This document shows, one piece after another, positions 40,954-50,244 of a stretch of 64,000 nt of DNA. Position numbers and translations under genes: made by a program. Source of the DNA: Bacteroidia bacterium (GTDB lineage: Bacteria > Bacteroidota > Bacteroidia > NS11-12g > UBA9320). Position 1 is the stretch's first letter. Every line of letters begins with the position of its first letter. The stretch lies in contig CBDCFW010000006.1 of the NCBI GenBank assembly GCA_965216465.1, positions 320,001 through 384,000 on the forward strand, read 5' to 3'. Below the pieces are notes generated by a model that saw nothing but the letters and a program-made list of their open reading frames with translations, was not told the origin of the DNA and did no database searches.

Positions 40954-41873
40954 AATTCGACAAGGCAATCATAGTGAGATCAAAAACACGATTGGAACAG
41001 CTCATCGAGCGTTTTAATACGAAGGCTCAGGCCGAATTCTACATCGAACGTTCAGGTGGTGAATTCCGCATCTATGAGCAAGAACACTTGAAATTCTATG
41101 CTGTTCTTAACCAACTCATCAAATTGGTTTCGGTCTTTGACTCCTATAAAATTCTGGATCGAAAGTTTGTTCACTCCTATGTTTTTGCCGACAACGATTT
41201 AATCATTGTATTAGGTCAGGATGGCTTGGTGGCCAATACGGCCAAGTATGTTCTTGGAAGACCAATAGTTGCCATCAACCCTGACCCTAATACCTACGAT
41301 GGGATTCTTCTCCCATATACTATCGACCGGTTTGAAAAATCATTAAACCGCATTAAAAAAGGGAAGCATCAAACTAAAAAAATTACGATGGCCAAGGCCG
41401 AATTTAGCGATGGACAAAGCTTATTGGCATTCAATGACTTTTTCATTGGTCCTAGAACTCACGTTTCTGCCCGATATAGATTAAAAGTAAATGGCAGAGA
41501 AGAATTGCAAAGTTCGAGTGGAATACTGATTTCAACGGGAGCGGGAAGTACTGGATGGATGAGTTCCGTATTCAACATGGTTAACGGAATAAACCGCTAT
41601 CACTCCCATTCGTTTGATGAAGTTGAAAATAGAATTCAATGGGAAACCAATAAGCTTTTGTTTGCCGTTCGAGAGCCCTTTTTAAGCAAGACTTCTTCCA
41701 TTTCACTCTGTTTTGGAGAAATCAAATCAGGCGAGCATTTAGAAATTGAAAGTCAAATGCCCGAAAATGGCATTGTATTTAGTGACGGCATTGAAGCCGA
41801 TGCCATACGATTTACAACAGGAACGTCGGTAAAAATTGGTGTGGCACAAGAGACCGCAAATTTAGTAACCTAA
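40950..41873 (+). CDS. Divergent NAD-kinase-like protein
   Basis: LGQDGLVAN, AFNDFFIG and GILISTGAGSTGW correspond to the NAD kinase GGDG, NE and GSTAY motifs; ATGA overlap with the SPFH gene. Confidence 0.8.
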   Translation: MKFDKAIIVRSKTRLEQLIERFNTKAQAEFYIERSGGEFRIYEQEHLKFYAVLNQLIKLVSVFDSYKILDRKFVHSYVFADNDLIIVLGQDGLVANTAKYVLGRPIVAINPDPNTYDGILLPYTIDRFEKSLNRIKKGKHQTKKITMAKAEFSDGQSLLAFNDFFIGPRTHVSARYRLKVNGREELQSSSGILISTGAGSTGWMSSVFNMVNGINRYHSHSFDEVENRIQWETNKLLFAVREPFLSKTSSISLCFGEIKSGEHLEIESQMPENGIVFSDGIEADAIRFTTGTSVKIGVAQETANLVT

Positions 41874-41887
41874 AAAATTGGCTTGTC

Positions 41888-42253
41888 ATGCTTAAAAAAC
41901 TAATTAACTTTTTCGATCTCGACAACCAAAAGTATAACGCTAAGGTTTTTAAAAAAATACCGCTTATTGAAAAAGATCTATTGAAAGTAGTGAGCACAAT
42001 ATGCACAGAAGACTTCTGGATTCATCGATTTGGTGGAATTGAGGTTTCACCAGAAATTTTGAGTTTCTGCATATGCGTCCAAACCGACCGCATGAAGCTT
42101 CAGTTGAAAAACAATGATAAACTATGGACCGCCTGCAGACAGCTTCTGGTACTACATGACTACCCTTCATATTCCCGAGATAAAGTTTGGTTTGACGTGG
42201 AATCGCAAGAAACTGTTGATCGGGAAAACGATGGGGTGTGGTTTCCAAGATGA
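41888..42253 (+). CDS. Hypothetical protein
   Basis: 121-aa ORF 14 nt after the kinase-like gene; C-terminal ESQETVDR..DG.WF. Confidence 0.55.
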   Translation: MLKKLINFFDLDNQKYNAKVFKKIPLIEKDLLKVVSTICTEDFWIHRFGGIEVSPEILSFCICVQTDRMKLQLKNNDKLWTACRQLLVLHDYPSYSRDKVWFDVESQETVDRENDGVWFPR

Positions 42254-42268
42254 TTAATTATTAGAACC

Positions 42269-42895
42269 TCATATTTTGCCCTTCCTTTTCTCCATTTCGT
42301 TAGCAATTTCTAAACCAGCTTCGTCCTGCTCGTTGAGTTTGTCTATTATATTTTGATAGCTTTCTTCGTCTCGGTCTTGGCTTAGTTTAAAAACCGTATC
42401 CACCTTGGTAATCTCGAATTCAAAACCTGCTATTAGCTCCAGTGCCCCTTGCTTGAATCCAGCGGGTAAATTGTTATATACCGTTGGAGATTCTGGGTTG
42501 TTCTCTTCAAAGTGCAAAGACAGAGATTGCAAAATTTCTTGTAATTCATCCTTCCCAACAAATCTTAGTTTACCATGGAGGTGAACGCTCATGTAGTTCC
42601 AGGTTGATGGAGTATTGGGATTTTTATACCACGTTCCGCTCACATAGGTATGCTTACCTGTGAACACAGCAAGAACATTTGGGTTGTTCAAGAAAGCTCT
42701 ATAATGATCGGTATCTTTCATAATATGTCCACGCATCACCTTTTTACCATTTATCATTTCAATGAACAATGGAATCTGCGTGGCAATTGGTTTATTCTGA
42801 GCATCACATCCAGTTACAAACGCAAACGGATATTTGGCTATGAGCTCATCGATTAAGATTTCATCATTTTCTTTATGATAGGGAAGATTATACAT
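42269..42895 (-). CDS. PaiB-like FMN-binding negative transcriptional regulator
   Basis: ATQIPL, GH, H.YVS..WY, TWNY.SVH, FKLSQ. Confidence 0.85.
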   Translation of the reverse strand: MYNLPYHKENDEILIDELIAKYPFAFVTGCDAQNKPIATQIPLFIEMINGKKVMRGHIMKDTDHYRAFLNNPNVLAVFTGKHTYVSGTWYKNPNTPSTWNYMSVHLHGKLRFVGKDELQEILQSLSLHFEENNPESPTVYNNLPAGFKQGALELIAGFEFEITKVDTVFKLSQDRDEESYQNIIDKLNEQDEAGLEIANEMEKRKGKI

Positions 42896-43052
42896 CAGTC
42901 TGAGTTTTGATAAGCGTTAAGATTTTCAATACAATTATAAGAATCAAATTGATATTCGAATTTGAATCAAAATGTCGCTGGTAAATGATGCTCGGATTTT
43001 GTGTTTTCGGACTTTGGACAGATATTGGCTTCGAAAATGTCAATTATAGACC

Positions 43053-43781
43053 ATGGAAGATTCAGAGAAATACGACAACAACCCACAAATTAGAAAGTAC
43101 AAAGAACCAGATAAAAAGGTACTTGTTCCTGCATCTGGACAATCATCTATTAATCAAATTAGTGATCACATTGAAAAATATATCGGACACATACACAGTG
43201 TATTTCATGAAATTGTGTCATATCATGTGCACATCGATGTGTATTGGGTAAAGCCTACCCGACAACGACCATTTCACACTTTAATCACATCAGGAATGAG
43301 TGATAAACCGATGAACACTTCAGATGGGTTGGAAGGAAGTCAATATGCAGAACTGAGCATTTGTTTGCCTGAACATTGGAAACTGTCAGATGATGACATA
43401 AAAGACGATCTAAATTACTGGCCAATCGGATGGCTAAAATATTTAGCTCGATTTCCCCACGAAAATGACACTTGTTTGGGCTATGGGTATACAATACCCA
43501 ACGGAAACCCCGCAGCACCCTTGACTGAGGGAACTCAACTAAACACTATGTTGTTGCTACCTACTATTGTATTCAATGATGAGTTTCATGAGTTAGTACT
43601 TCCTAATAAAACCATTCAATTTTACTCGCTAATCCCTCTGTATGCAGAAGAGATTGAATTAAAACTTAGTCAAGGGGTAGAAGCTCTTTTTGATGGTTTC
43701 GACAAGTTTGGTGTTTCTGATGTTTTGCAACTCAATAGACCGAATACAGTGAAGAGAAGGAAGCGGTTTGGGTTGTTTTAG
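43053..43781 (+). CDS. Suppressor-of-fused (SUFU) domain protein
   Basis: VFHEIVS..VHIDV, TLITSGMS, YAEL, WPI..LK.LAR.PH, LIPLY.EE. Confidence 0.85.
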   Translation: MEDSEKYDNNPQIRKYKEPDKKVLVPASGQSSINQISDHIEKYIGHIHSVFHEIVSYHVHIDVYWVKPTRQRPFHTLITSGMSDKPMNTSDGLEGSQYAELSICLPEHWKLSDDDIKDDLNYWPIGWLKYLARFPHENDTCLGYGYTIPNGNPAAPLTEGTQLNTMLLLPTIVFNDEFHELVLPNKTIQFYSLIPLYAEEIELKLSQGVEALFDGFDKFGVSDVLQLNRPNTVKRRKRFGLF

Positions 43782-43815
43782 AAAAGGTATAATTTTATCA
43801 CATTAGAAGGCAAAA

Positions 43816-44394
43816 ATGAATAGATCAAAGAACGGCTTAATTACTCTTTCATTAATCATCACTTGTTGTTCAGGTTTAACTGCTCATGGGAAAAAGTTTG
43901 ATGCCGAAAGAAAAAATGGGACCCTGGTACCTAAAATTCATAAAAACTTTGAATTTGAAGAATCCAAAAGCTACGATCATCATATATCTGATCATAGAGG
44001 TTGCTTCTACCTTACCTATGATAGCATGGAAGTGCAGATTAACCAAATGCTAAAAGAGAGTGCCCTGTTCGACAGTAAAAATGACATGCACAAAATGGCA
44101 TCTGGCGTTATGATTAAGGTTCGAAAAAATGGAAAGATTAAGAAGATTGTCTGGATTGAAAACCCTAAACCAAACAGACCAATTGAAAAAACTCATCAAC
44201 AACTAATTTCAGAATACTTAATGACCTTACGTTGGACTAGAAATGCGTATGTAAACAAGGATGGAAAGAAAGTTATTCTTAGAGAAATACCATTCCAATT
44301 CATGATTGATGATTGTGGATACATAAAGCTTTTCGATTCAAATTCATTTAAAGATCAAGACATCAACTTATTGGATTGTCCCTTTGTTCTCTAA
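43816..44394 (+). CDS. Hypothetical secreted protein
   Basis: Hydrophobic N-terminus; weak TonB-C-like segment. Confidence 0.5.
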   Translation: MNRSKNGLITLSLIITCCSGLTAHGKKFDAERKNGTLVPKIHKNFEFEESKSYDHHISDHRGCFYLTYDSMEVQINQMLKESALFDSKNDMHKMASGVMIKVRKNGKIKKIVWIENPKPNRPIEKTHQQLISEYLMTLRWTRNAYVNKDGKKVILREIPFQFMIDDCGYIKLFDSNSFKDQDINLLDCPFVL

Positions 44395-44445
44395 TCATAC
44401 TACCACAATCTCTAATTAATAGTGTCTTTTCTGAAAAATATAGTT

Positions 44446-45927
44446 CTATTTGATGTTCACCACATCAACAAAGTACATGTCAACCTCTCCTTTTCCTTTT
44501 GCCTGTATCTTGCCGCGATGCTCAAATTTCAAGTCTTCATCATCTTTTAATAATTCATAGGTGTAGTGAGAAATATTAATCCTTCCAACTTCTCCATGGG
44601 ACTCCATTCTTGAAGCCGTGTTTACAGCATCTCCCCATATGTCGTACTGAAATTTCTTAACCCCAACAATTCCAGCAACAACTGGACCCGTATTAATGCC
44701 AATTCTCATCTGAAATGGAGTTTTGCCTAGCCTTTTTCGTTTATCATGATCGTTCATTATAAACTGCTTCATTTCAAAGGCCGCAAGTATGGTATTTTTC
44801 ACAGAATTGGCATCCGGAACAGGAATTCCCCCAGCAGCCATATAAGAATCTCCTATGGTCTTAATTTTCTCAATATTGTATTTGTCACAAATAGCATCAA
44901 ATGCCTTGAAGCAATAATTAATATCAGCTACCAATTCTTCTGGACTTAGCTCCTGAGACATCCGTGTAAATTCCTTAAAATCAGTAAACAAAATTGATAC
45001 AGAGTCAAATTTTCTTGCGACTGCCTCCCCATTTTCCTTTAACTCATCTGCAATTTCTGAAGGCAAAATATTAAGCAACAACTTGTCCGATTTGTGCTTC
45101 TCTTGCTCGAGTGTTGATTTACTCTCATCCAAAAGTTCATAGATTTTTACATTGTCTAAAGCAACGGCCAAATACGAAACCAAGGTTCTTAGAAAGTCTA
45201 AATGATAACTGTTATAAACTTCTGCAATCTTACTTTCAACAGAAAGAGCACCCAATTTACTATCGTGAAGTGAAAAAGGGATACACATGATTGCTGCAGG
45301 ATTGTAGGACCCGTCTAAGGAAGCAATGGGGTCAAATACATATTGACTGTAGTCCTCAACTGCGTTGTTTAAAAAAGCTTCTTTTCCGTTATCAAGACAC
45401 CATTCTAGAATAGAGCTATTCTCTTTAGAATGAGGAGGTCTATCAAGCTTTCCGTCTTTATTGACCCTTATGGTATGTGCAGTAGAATCGGTATAATACA
45501 GCAAGTTAAGATTCTCAACTTCCATACTTGAAGAAACATACGTAAAGAGGATTTGAAGGATGTGCTCTACATCTAAACTTCCCGTAATCTCTTTACCTAT
45601 TTCGGTAAGCAAGGTAATTTGTGAAAGTGAACTTTCAACGCCTTTAAGTTTCTGATCTAAATTTTTCTTCTCTTTTGTTTCAGAATGTAAACTTAGATTA
45701 TCCTTCTTGGTTTTAGTATACCGACTTGCTAGCTTATTAAAATCAGAGGCTATTTGACCCAATTCACCGTTACTTTCAAACGTCACTTTTACAAGTTCCT
45801 CTTCTTTCACCGCAAAACTAGTTTTGCTGTTAAGCTCCTTGATTTTTCGTCTGAGCATCAAGTATCTACTAGTTATAATAACAGCAAACAACAACGCAAC
45901 TGAAGCAACGATTAGGGGTAAACTCAT
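44446..45927 (-). CDS. Class III adenylate cyclase with N-terminal TM, HAMP-like segment and GAF domain
   Basis: ILFTDFKEFT, EKIKTIGDSYM, RIGINTGPVVAG, YDIWGDAVNTASRMES; GAF AIMCIPF..LGALSVES..Y. Confidence 0.92.
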   Translation of the reverse strand: MSLPLIVASVALLFAVIITSRYLMLRRKIKELNSKTSFAVKEEELVKVTFESNGELGQIASDFNKLASRYTKTKKDNLSLHSETKEKKNLDQKLKGVESSLSQITLLTEIGKEITGSLDVEHILQILFTYVSSSMEVENLNLLYYTDSTAHTIRVNKDGKLDRPPHSKENSSILEWCLDNGKEAFLNNAVEDYSQYVFDPIASLDGSYNPAAIMCIPFSLHDSKLGALSVESKIAEVYNSYHLDFLRTLVSYLAVALDNVKIYELLDESKSTLEQEKHKSDKLLLNILPSEIADELKENGEAVARKFDSVSILFTDFKEFTRMSQELSPEELVADINYCFKAFDAICDKYNIEKIKTIGDSYMAAGGIPVPDANSVKNTILAAFEMKQFIMNDHDKRKRLGKTPFQMRIGINTGPVVAGIVGVKKFQYDIWGDAVNTASRMESHGEVGRINISHYTYELLKDDEDLKFEHRGKIQAKGKGEVDMYFVDVVNIK

Positions 45928-45996
45928 TCGTTAGTATTTCTAATAAAAACACTAAATTAGCAAAATCTAACCAACTAATGTGAAGTCAATTTGAAA

Positions 45997-48945
45997 ATGA
46001 TTAACCCCTTTCCTGGTCTTCGGCCTTTCGATTCTTCAGAATCTGAATTGTTTTTTGGGCGAGAAAGGCACATTGGTGAAATCCTAAGAAAACTAGATAC
46101 CTACCGCTTTGTCTCCATTGTGGGCAACTCAGGAAGCGGGAAGTCATCGCTGGTTCGAGCAGGCTTACTTCCTTATATAAAAAAGAATCGGAACGATTGG
46201 ACAATATGCAGCATGAGGCCGGGATCTGATCCCATTGCTGAATTATACGCAACTTTAACCGAATCTAAAGTTATAGATGATGAAAAAGGACTATCAATCC
46301 TGGGAAAGCATGCTCTTGGTTTGGTTCAACTTTTAAGGCATTCACTTCAATCTAAAAGTATTCTGATTCTCGTAGACCAGTTTGAGGAACTATTTCGATT
46401 TAACGCAAGTAATGACGACGAAGAACAAGAAAATGTAGCCAGCAAGTTTGTTGATCTTCTTCTAGCTTCAGCAGGCCAAACTGATGTAAACATCTATATT
46501 GTATTAACGATTCGATCTGATTTTCTTGGAGACTGCGAACAATTTCAAGGCCTCCCAGAAGCGATTAATGATGGTCAGTTCTTAGTGCCAAGAATGAATC
46601 GCGAAGAAATGAGAAGTAGTTTGATCAATCCCGTGAAAATTGCTAAAGGAAAGATCTCGCCGCAATTAGTTCAGAATCTCCTAAATCAAGTCGGAAACAG
46701 ACCGGACCAACTTCCAGTGCTACAGCATGTTTTAATGCGTAGTTACAATGTGTGGTTAAACTCAAATGAGCTTGAACAACCATTAGGCATGGAGCACTAT
46801 GAGGCTACTGGAGGAATGAATGAAGCTCTATCAAGACATGTAGATGAAGCGTTTTCGGAGCTAAACAAGAAACAAAAGAAACTGGCCGAAATCATTTTTA
46901 AAACGGTTACCGTTAAGGGGTCAGATAATCGGGGTATTAGAAGACCAACAAGCGTTGCTAATTTGGCAAAGATTGCCTCGTGTTCTGAAACCGATATTAT
47001 TTCCACAACTGAATTTTTCAGAAAAAGTGACCGTGGATTTTTAATGCCATCTCAAGACGTTGAACTAGCAAGCTCCAGTATCATTGACATCTCCCACGAA
47101 AGTTTGATGAGAAAGTGGATTACGCTAAAAAACTGGGTGGATGAAGAGGCTCAATCAGCAGAGTTATTTAAGCGAATAAGTGAGAGTGCCCTATTGTATG
47201 AAGAGGATAAAGCAGGTTTATGGAGAGACCCTGATTTGCAAATTGCAAAAGATTGGATGGTTTCAAATCAGCCGAATGAGTACTGGGCAGCACAGTATAA
47301 TCCACATTTTAAGTCTGCCGTACGGTTTTTAGAAGCCAGTGACCAACAGAAAAAGTTTTTGCTTGCAGATAAACAACGTAAACGAAAAATTAGAAACATC
47401 ACCGTAGTTCTCGTATTAATTGCTTTATCTGCCATTAGTCTGTGGGCTTTTAACGAACGAAACAATGCAGAAAGTAATGCTGCAGAGGCCTTAGAACAAA
47501 AGAAACAGGCAGACGAGCAAAGACAGAAAGCTGAGACCAACTTCTCTTTAGCTAAAGAACAAGAAGAAATTGCAAATCGAGAGAAGCAGGAGGCTGAAAA
47601 TCAACGTCAGCAGGCAAACCGAAGCGCTGCTGAAGCTCAAGCTTTATCAATAGTTGCTCAAAATGAAGCAGCAAAATCAAAACTAGCAGAGAAACAAGCA
47701 GAACTTGAGCGAGAAGTAGCCCTACATCAAACTCATATTTCGGATAGTCTTCGCATACAAGCAGAACTTGCCACAGAACAAGCTCAACAATTAAGACTTC
47801 TTGGAGTGTCAAAAAACTTGGCAATTCGTTCTAAAATTATGGATGATCGTCAATCCGCCGAACTGAAAACTCTACTGTCGTTACATGCCTTCAAATTAAA
47901 TCATGAGAACAAAGGAAATGCTTTCGATAAAGACATCTTTGAGGCTATTCATCAGGCTTATAACGCTACAGAACTTAAGGGCAATCCACCTTTAAGAATT
48001 CATGCAGATGAAGTACCATCAATTGCGATAAGTAGCTCAGGTATGTGGGCTAGTGCAGGGAATGATGGTAAAGTGTACCTAACCAAGAATAATGGAACAC
48101 CGCAGCTGATTTTAGAAAATGAGCATGTGCTCGACAATGCCACCTTTTCACCAAACTCAACCCATCTTGTAGTTTCGGATGAACAGCATAGTCTTCATAT
48201 TTTAAGTCTTGATGCAAGTGATAATGTACAGGATTATGAAACAGGACAAACCAATAAAATCACCCGATTACTGTGGATCGACCAGTACATTTACAGCTTT
48301 TCGATAGACAAGTCTATCGTGGTTTTCGATGCTCAAACAAATAGCATGAGTAGAAAAATTCAACTTTCTGTAGAACCTCATTCTGCGATTGCCTTATCAG
48401 CTGAAACTATTATCATTGGTTCTGCCAATGGAGGCATATATCAGCTTGATCTAAACACTGATCAACTCAGTAAGATTACCAATGTAGCAGGCGGTGCAAT
48501 TGTTACAGCTGTTGATGTATCTAGCGATAATAATATTGCATACGGTACTAGTAAAGGACAATGTGGGATTGTTTCTCCATCAGGCAATCTCTTACGAACA
48601 TTTAATGGTCATGGGGCTAGAATATCAGCAATACGTTACCACCCAACCGATAAACTCATAGCTACAGCTTGTTACGACGGAAAAGTTAGGCTATTTAACA
48701 CGATAGAAGTCAGCCAGCCAGCCATAGAATTTGATGATCACAGCTCATGGGTTTTAGATCTTAATTTTACAGCAGATGGACGATTCCTCATTAGCACAGG
48801 TAAAGATAAGAATGTAGTAAAGAACCCAATATCCTTGGCTCACATGGAACAAAATTTGCGTCAAGCAATTACACGAGATCTTACGATGGATGAATGGAAA
48901 TTTTTTGCTGGCGAAGGATTGCCTTTTGTTCCTTTGAAAAAATAA
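45997..48945 (+). CDS. nSTAND1-type NTPase - TM - coiled coil - WD40 protein
   Basis: NPFPGLRPF, FFGR, Walker A GNSGSGKSS, Walker B ILVDQFEELF, LP.LQH.L, IDISHESL; TM ITVVLVLIALSAISLWAF; WD40 repeats GH..ISAIRYHP, DH..WV..L.F..DG. Confidence 0.9.
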   Translation: MINPFPGLRPFDSSESELFFGRERHIGEILRKLDTYRFVSIVGNSGSGKSSLVRAGLLPYIKKNRNDWTICSMRPGSDPIAELYATLTESKVIDDEKGLSILGKHALGLVQLLRHSLQSKSILILVDQFEELFRFNASNDDEEQENVASKFVDLLLASAGQTDVNIYIVLTIRSDFLGDCEQFQGLPEAINDGQFLVPRMNREEMRSSLINPVKIAKGKISPQLVQNLLNQVGNRPDQLPVLQHVLMRSYNVWLNSNELEQPLGMEHYEATGGMNEALSRHVDEAFSELNKKQKKLAEIIFKTVTVKGSDNRGIRRPTSVANLAKIASCSETDIISTTEFFRKSDRGFLMPSQDVELASSSIIDISHESLMRKWITLKNWVDEEAQSAELFKRISESALLYEEDKAGLWRDPDLQIAKDWMVSNQPNEYWAAQYNPHFKSAVRFLEASDQQKKFLLADKQRKRKIRNITVVLVLIALSAISLWAFNERNNAESNAAEALEQKKQADEQRQKAETNFSLAKEQEEIANREKQEAENQRQQANRSAAEAQALSIVAQNEAAKSKLAEKQAELEREVALHQTHISDSLRIQAELATEQAQQLRLLGVSKNLAIRSKIMDDRQSAELKTLLSLHAFKLNHENKGNAFDKDIFEAIHQAYNATELKGNPPLRIHADEVPSIAISSSGMWASAGNDGKVYLTKNNGTPQLILENEHVLDNATFSPNSTHLVVSDEQHSLHILSLDASDNVQDYETGQTNKITRLLWIDQYIYSFSIDKSIVVFDAQTNSMSRKIQLSVEPHSAIALSAETIIIGSANGGIYQLDLNTDQLSKITNVAGGAIVTAVDVSSDNNIAYGTSKGQCGIVSPSGNLLRTFNGHGARISAIRYHPTDKLIATACYDGKVRLFNTIEVSQPAIEFDDHSSWVLDLNFTADGRFLISTGKDKNVVKNPISLAHMEQNLRQAITRDLTMDEWKFFAGEGLPFVPLKK

Positions 48946-49026
48946 GCACATAGTAGTCTTATTTTAACCCAGAATATCAGCTCTACAGGCCTGATTAATG
49001 CTGAGTATGGGAAATAAATCGCTATA

Positions 49027-50244
49027 TTGGCACTGCATATTGTGACGCGTTCTCCTCTATATCTTTTTTTATTCTCTATCCTTCTTTCCTGCACAAAGGT
49101 GAGTGTACCCACTCAAGAGCAGAATGCGATTCGTTTCTATGCTAAGCCAGAAATAAGTAAAATAACGAAGGTGATTACCAGCAGAGATGGCGATTATCTA
49201 ATGGTTGGCAAATCTATTAAAGGGCCCATTCTTTTGGTACTTGACCATGAGTTAAAGGAAAAATCGTACACCGTGTATGAAGATTATTGGCCAGGTCAGT
49301 TTAATGATGTTATTCAACGTAAAGATGGAACAATTGTAATGGTCGGTCATACTATGTCAGAAGAATATGGAGCAGGAGAAGATGACCCTAATTTTCTTGC
49401 GGTATCAACAGATATTAACGGTAAGTTGATCTGGCAACACCACAAAGATTGGTATAATTTCAATACATGGAATCGGGTTAAGGAAGATGAGGATGGTACG
49501 CTCTACTTAGCGGGAGAAGCGCTTGTCACCACATTGGCAGGCTATAGTGGGATTTTAAAAACAAATGCCGATAGTGTAGACTCCTTTATTGGGGCGATGT
49601 GGCTCACAAACATGTATAATCCGTTCAATGAAGCATTAATAAGGGCGAATGACGTGGTGTTTTTTGGCTACGAATATGCCAACAACAACACAGGACCTAT
49701 TAATGGGTTGGCACTCGTTCGATCAAAAACCACATTAGACAATTATAGTAAAGTGTTGTATGACCAAGTTCCAAGTAATGCTTTTTTTAAAGTTCGAACA
49801 AATCAAAAGGGTGATGTACTTCCGGTTGCGGGTGGGTATTTAATGGCTCATAATTTCTATAATGGATATATCACACCGTACTTGCGCTTAGTTAAACTTG
49901 ATCAAAGCTTGAATGTAGATTGGGCTAAAGATATTGACATAAACGATGCCTTCATCCTTTCTTCAATCCAGGAATTCGATGGGAATATTCTAATCTCAGG
50001 AGCGACAAATAGAGCGAATACCGAAACATTGATAAATTCTAAAGCGTATGTTGGATTGTATACTCAAGATGGAAATTTAATATGGGAGCATGAGTATGGG
50101 AGCAATGAACTCAACAACAAAGCAGACTATGTAACGTTCGAAAACGATAAACTTAGCGTATTAGCTGTAAATAAAAATAGCGAAAGTGACTTTCAATTTT
50201 TCACTTACACTTTAAACCTGAACGGAGAACTTCAAGTACCATGA
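49027..50244 (+). CDS. Beta-propeller-like lipoprotein, type A copy 1
   Basis: Lipobox LLSC; D..G...W blade repeats; paralog of 54767 and 56612. Confidence 0.7.
   Translation: MALHIVTRSPLYLFLFSILLSCTKVSVPTQEQNAIRFYAKPEISKITKVITSRDGDYLMVGKSIKGPILLVLDHELKEKSYTVYEDYWPGQFNDVIQRKDGTIVMVGHTMSEEYGAGEDDPNFLAVSTDINGKLIWQHHKDWYNFNTWNRVKEDEDGTLYLAGEALVTTLAGYSGILKTNADSVDSFIGAMWLTNMYNPFNEALIRANDVVFFGYEYANNNTGPINGLALVRSKTTLDNYSKVLYDQVPSNAFFKVRTNQKGDVLPVAGGYLMAHNFYNGYITPYLRLVKLDQSLNVDWAKDIDINDAFILSSIQEFDGNILISGATNRANTETLINSKAYVGLYTQDGNLIWEHEYGSNELNNKADYVTFENDKLSVLAVNKNSESDFQFFTYTLNLNGELQVP

Noticed and set aside
45997-48945. Assignment to the Avs/AVAST anti-phage STAND systems
   Set aside because: Avs proteins typically have an N-terminal effector and TPR sensor; this one has no effector, an internal TM and WD40 repeats
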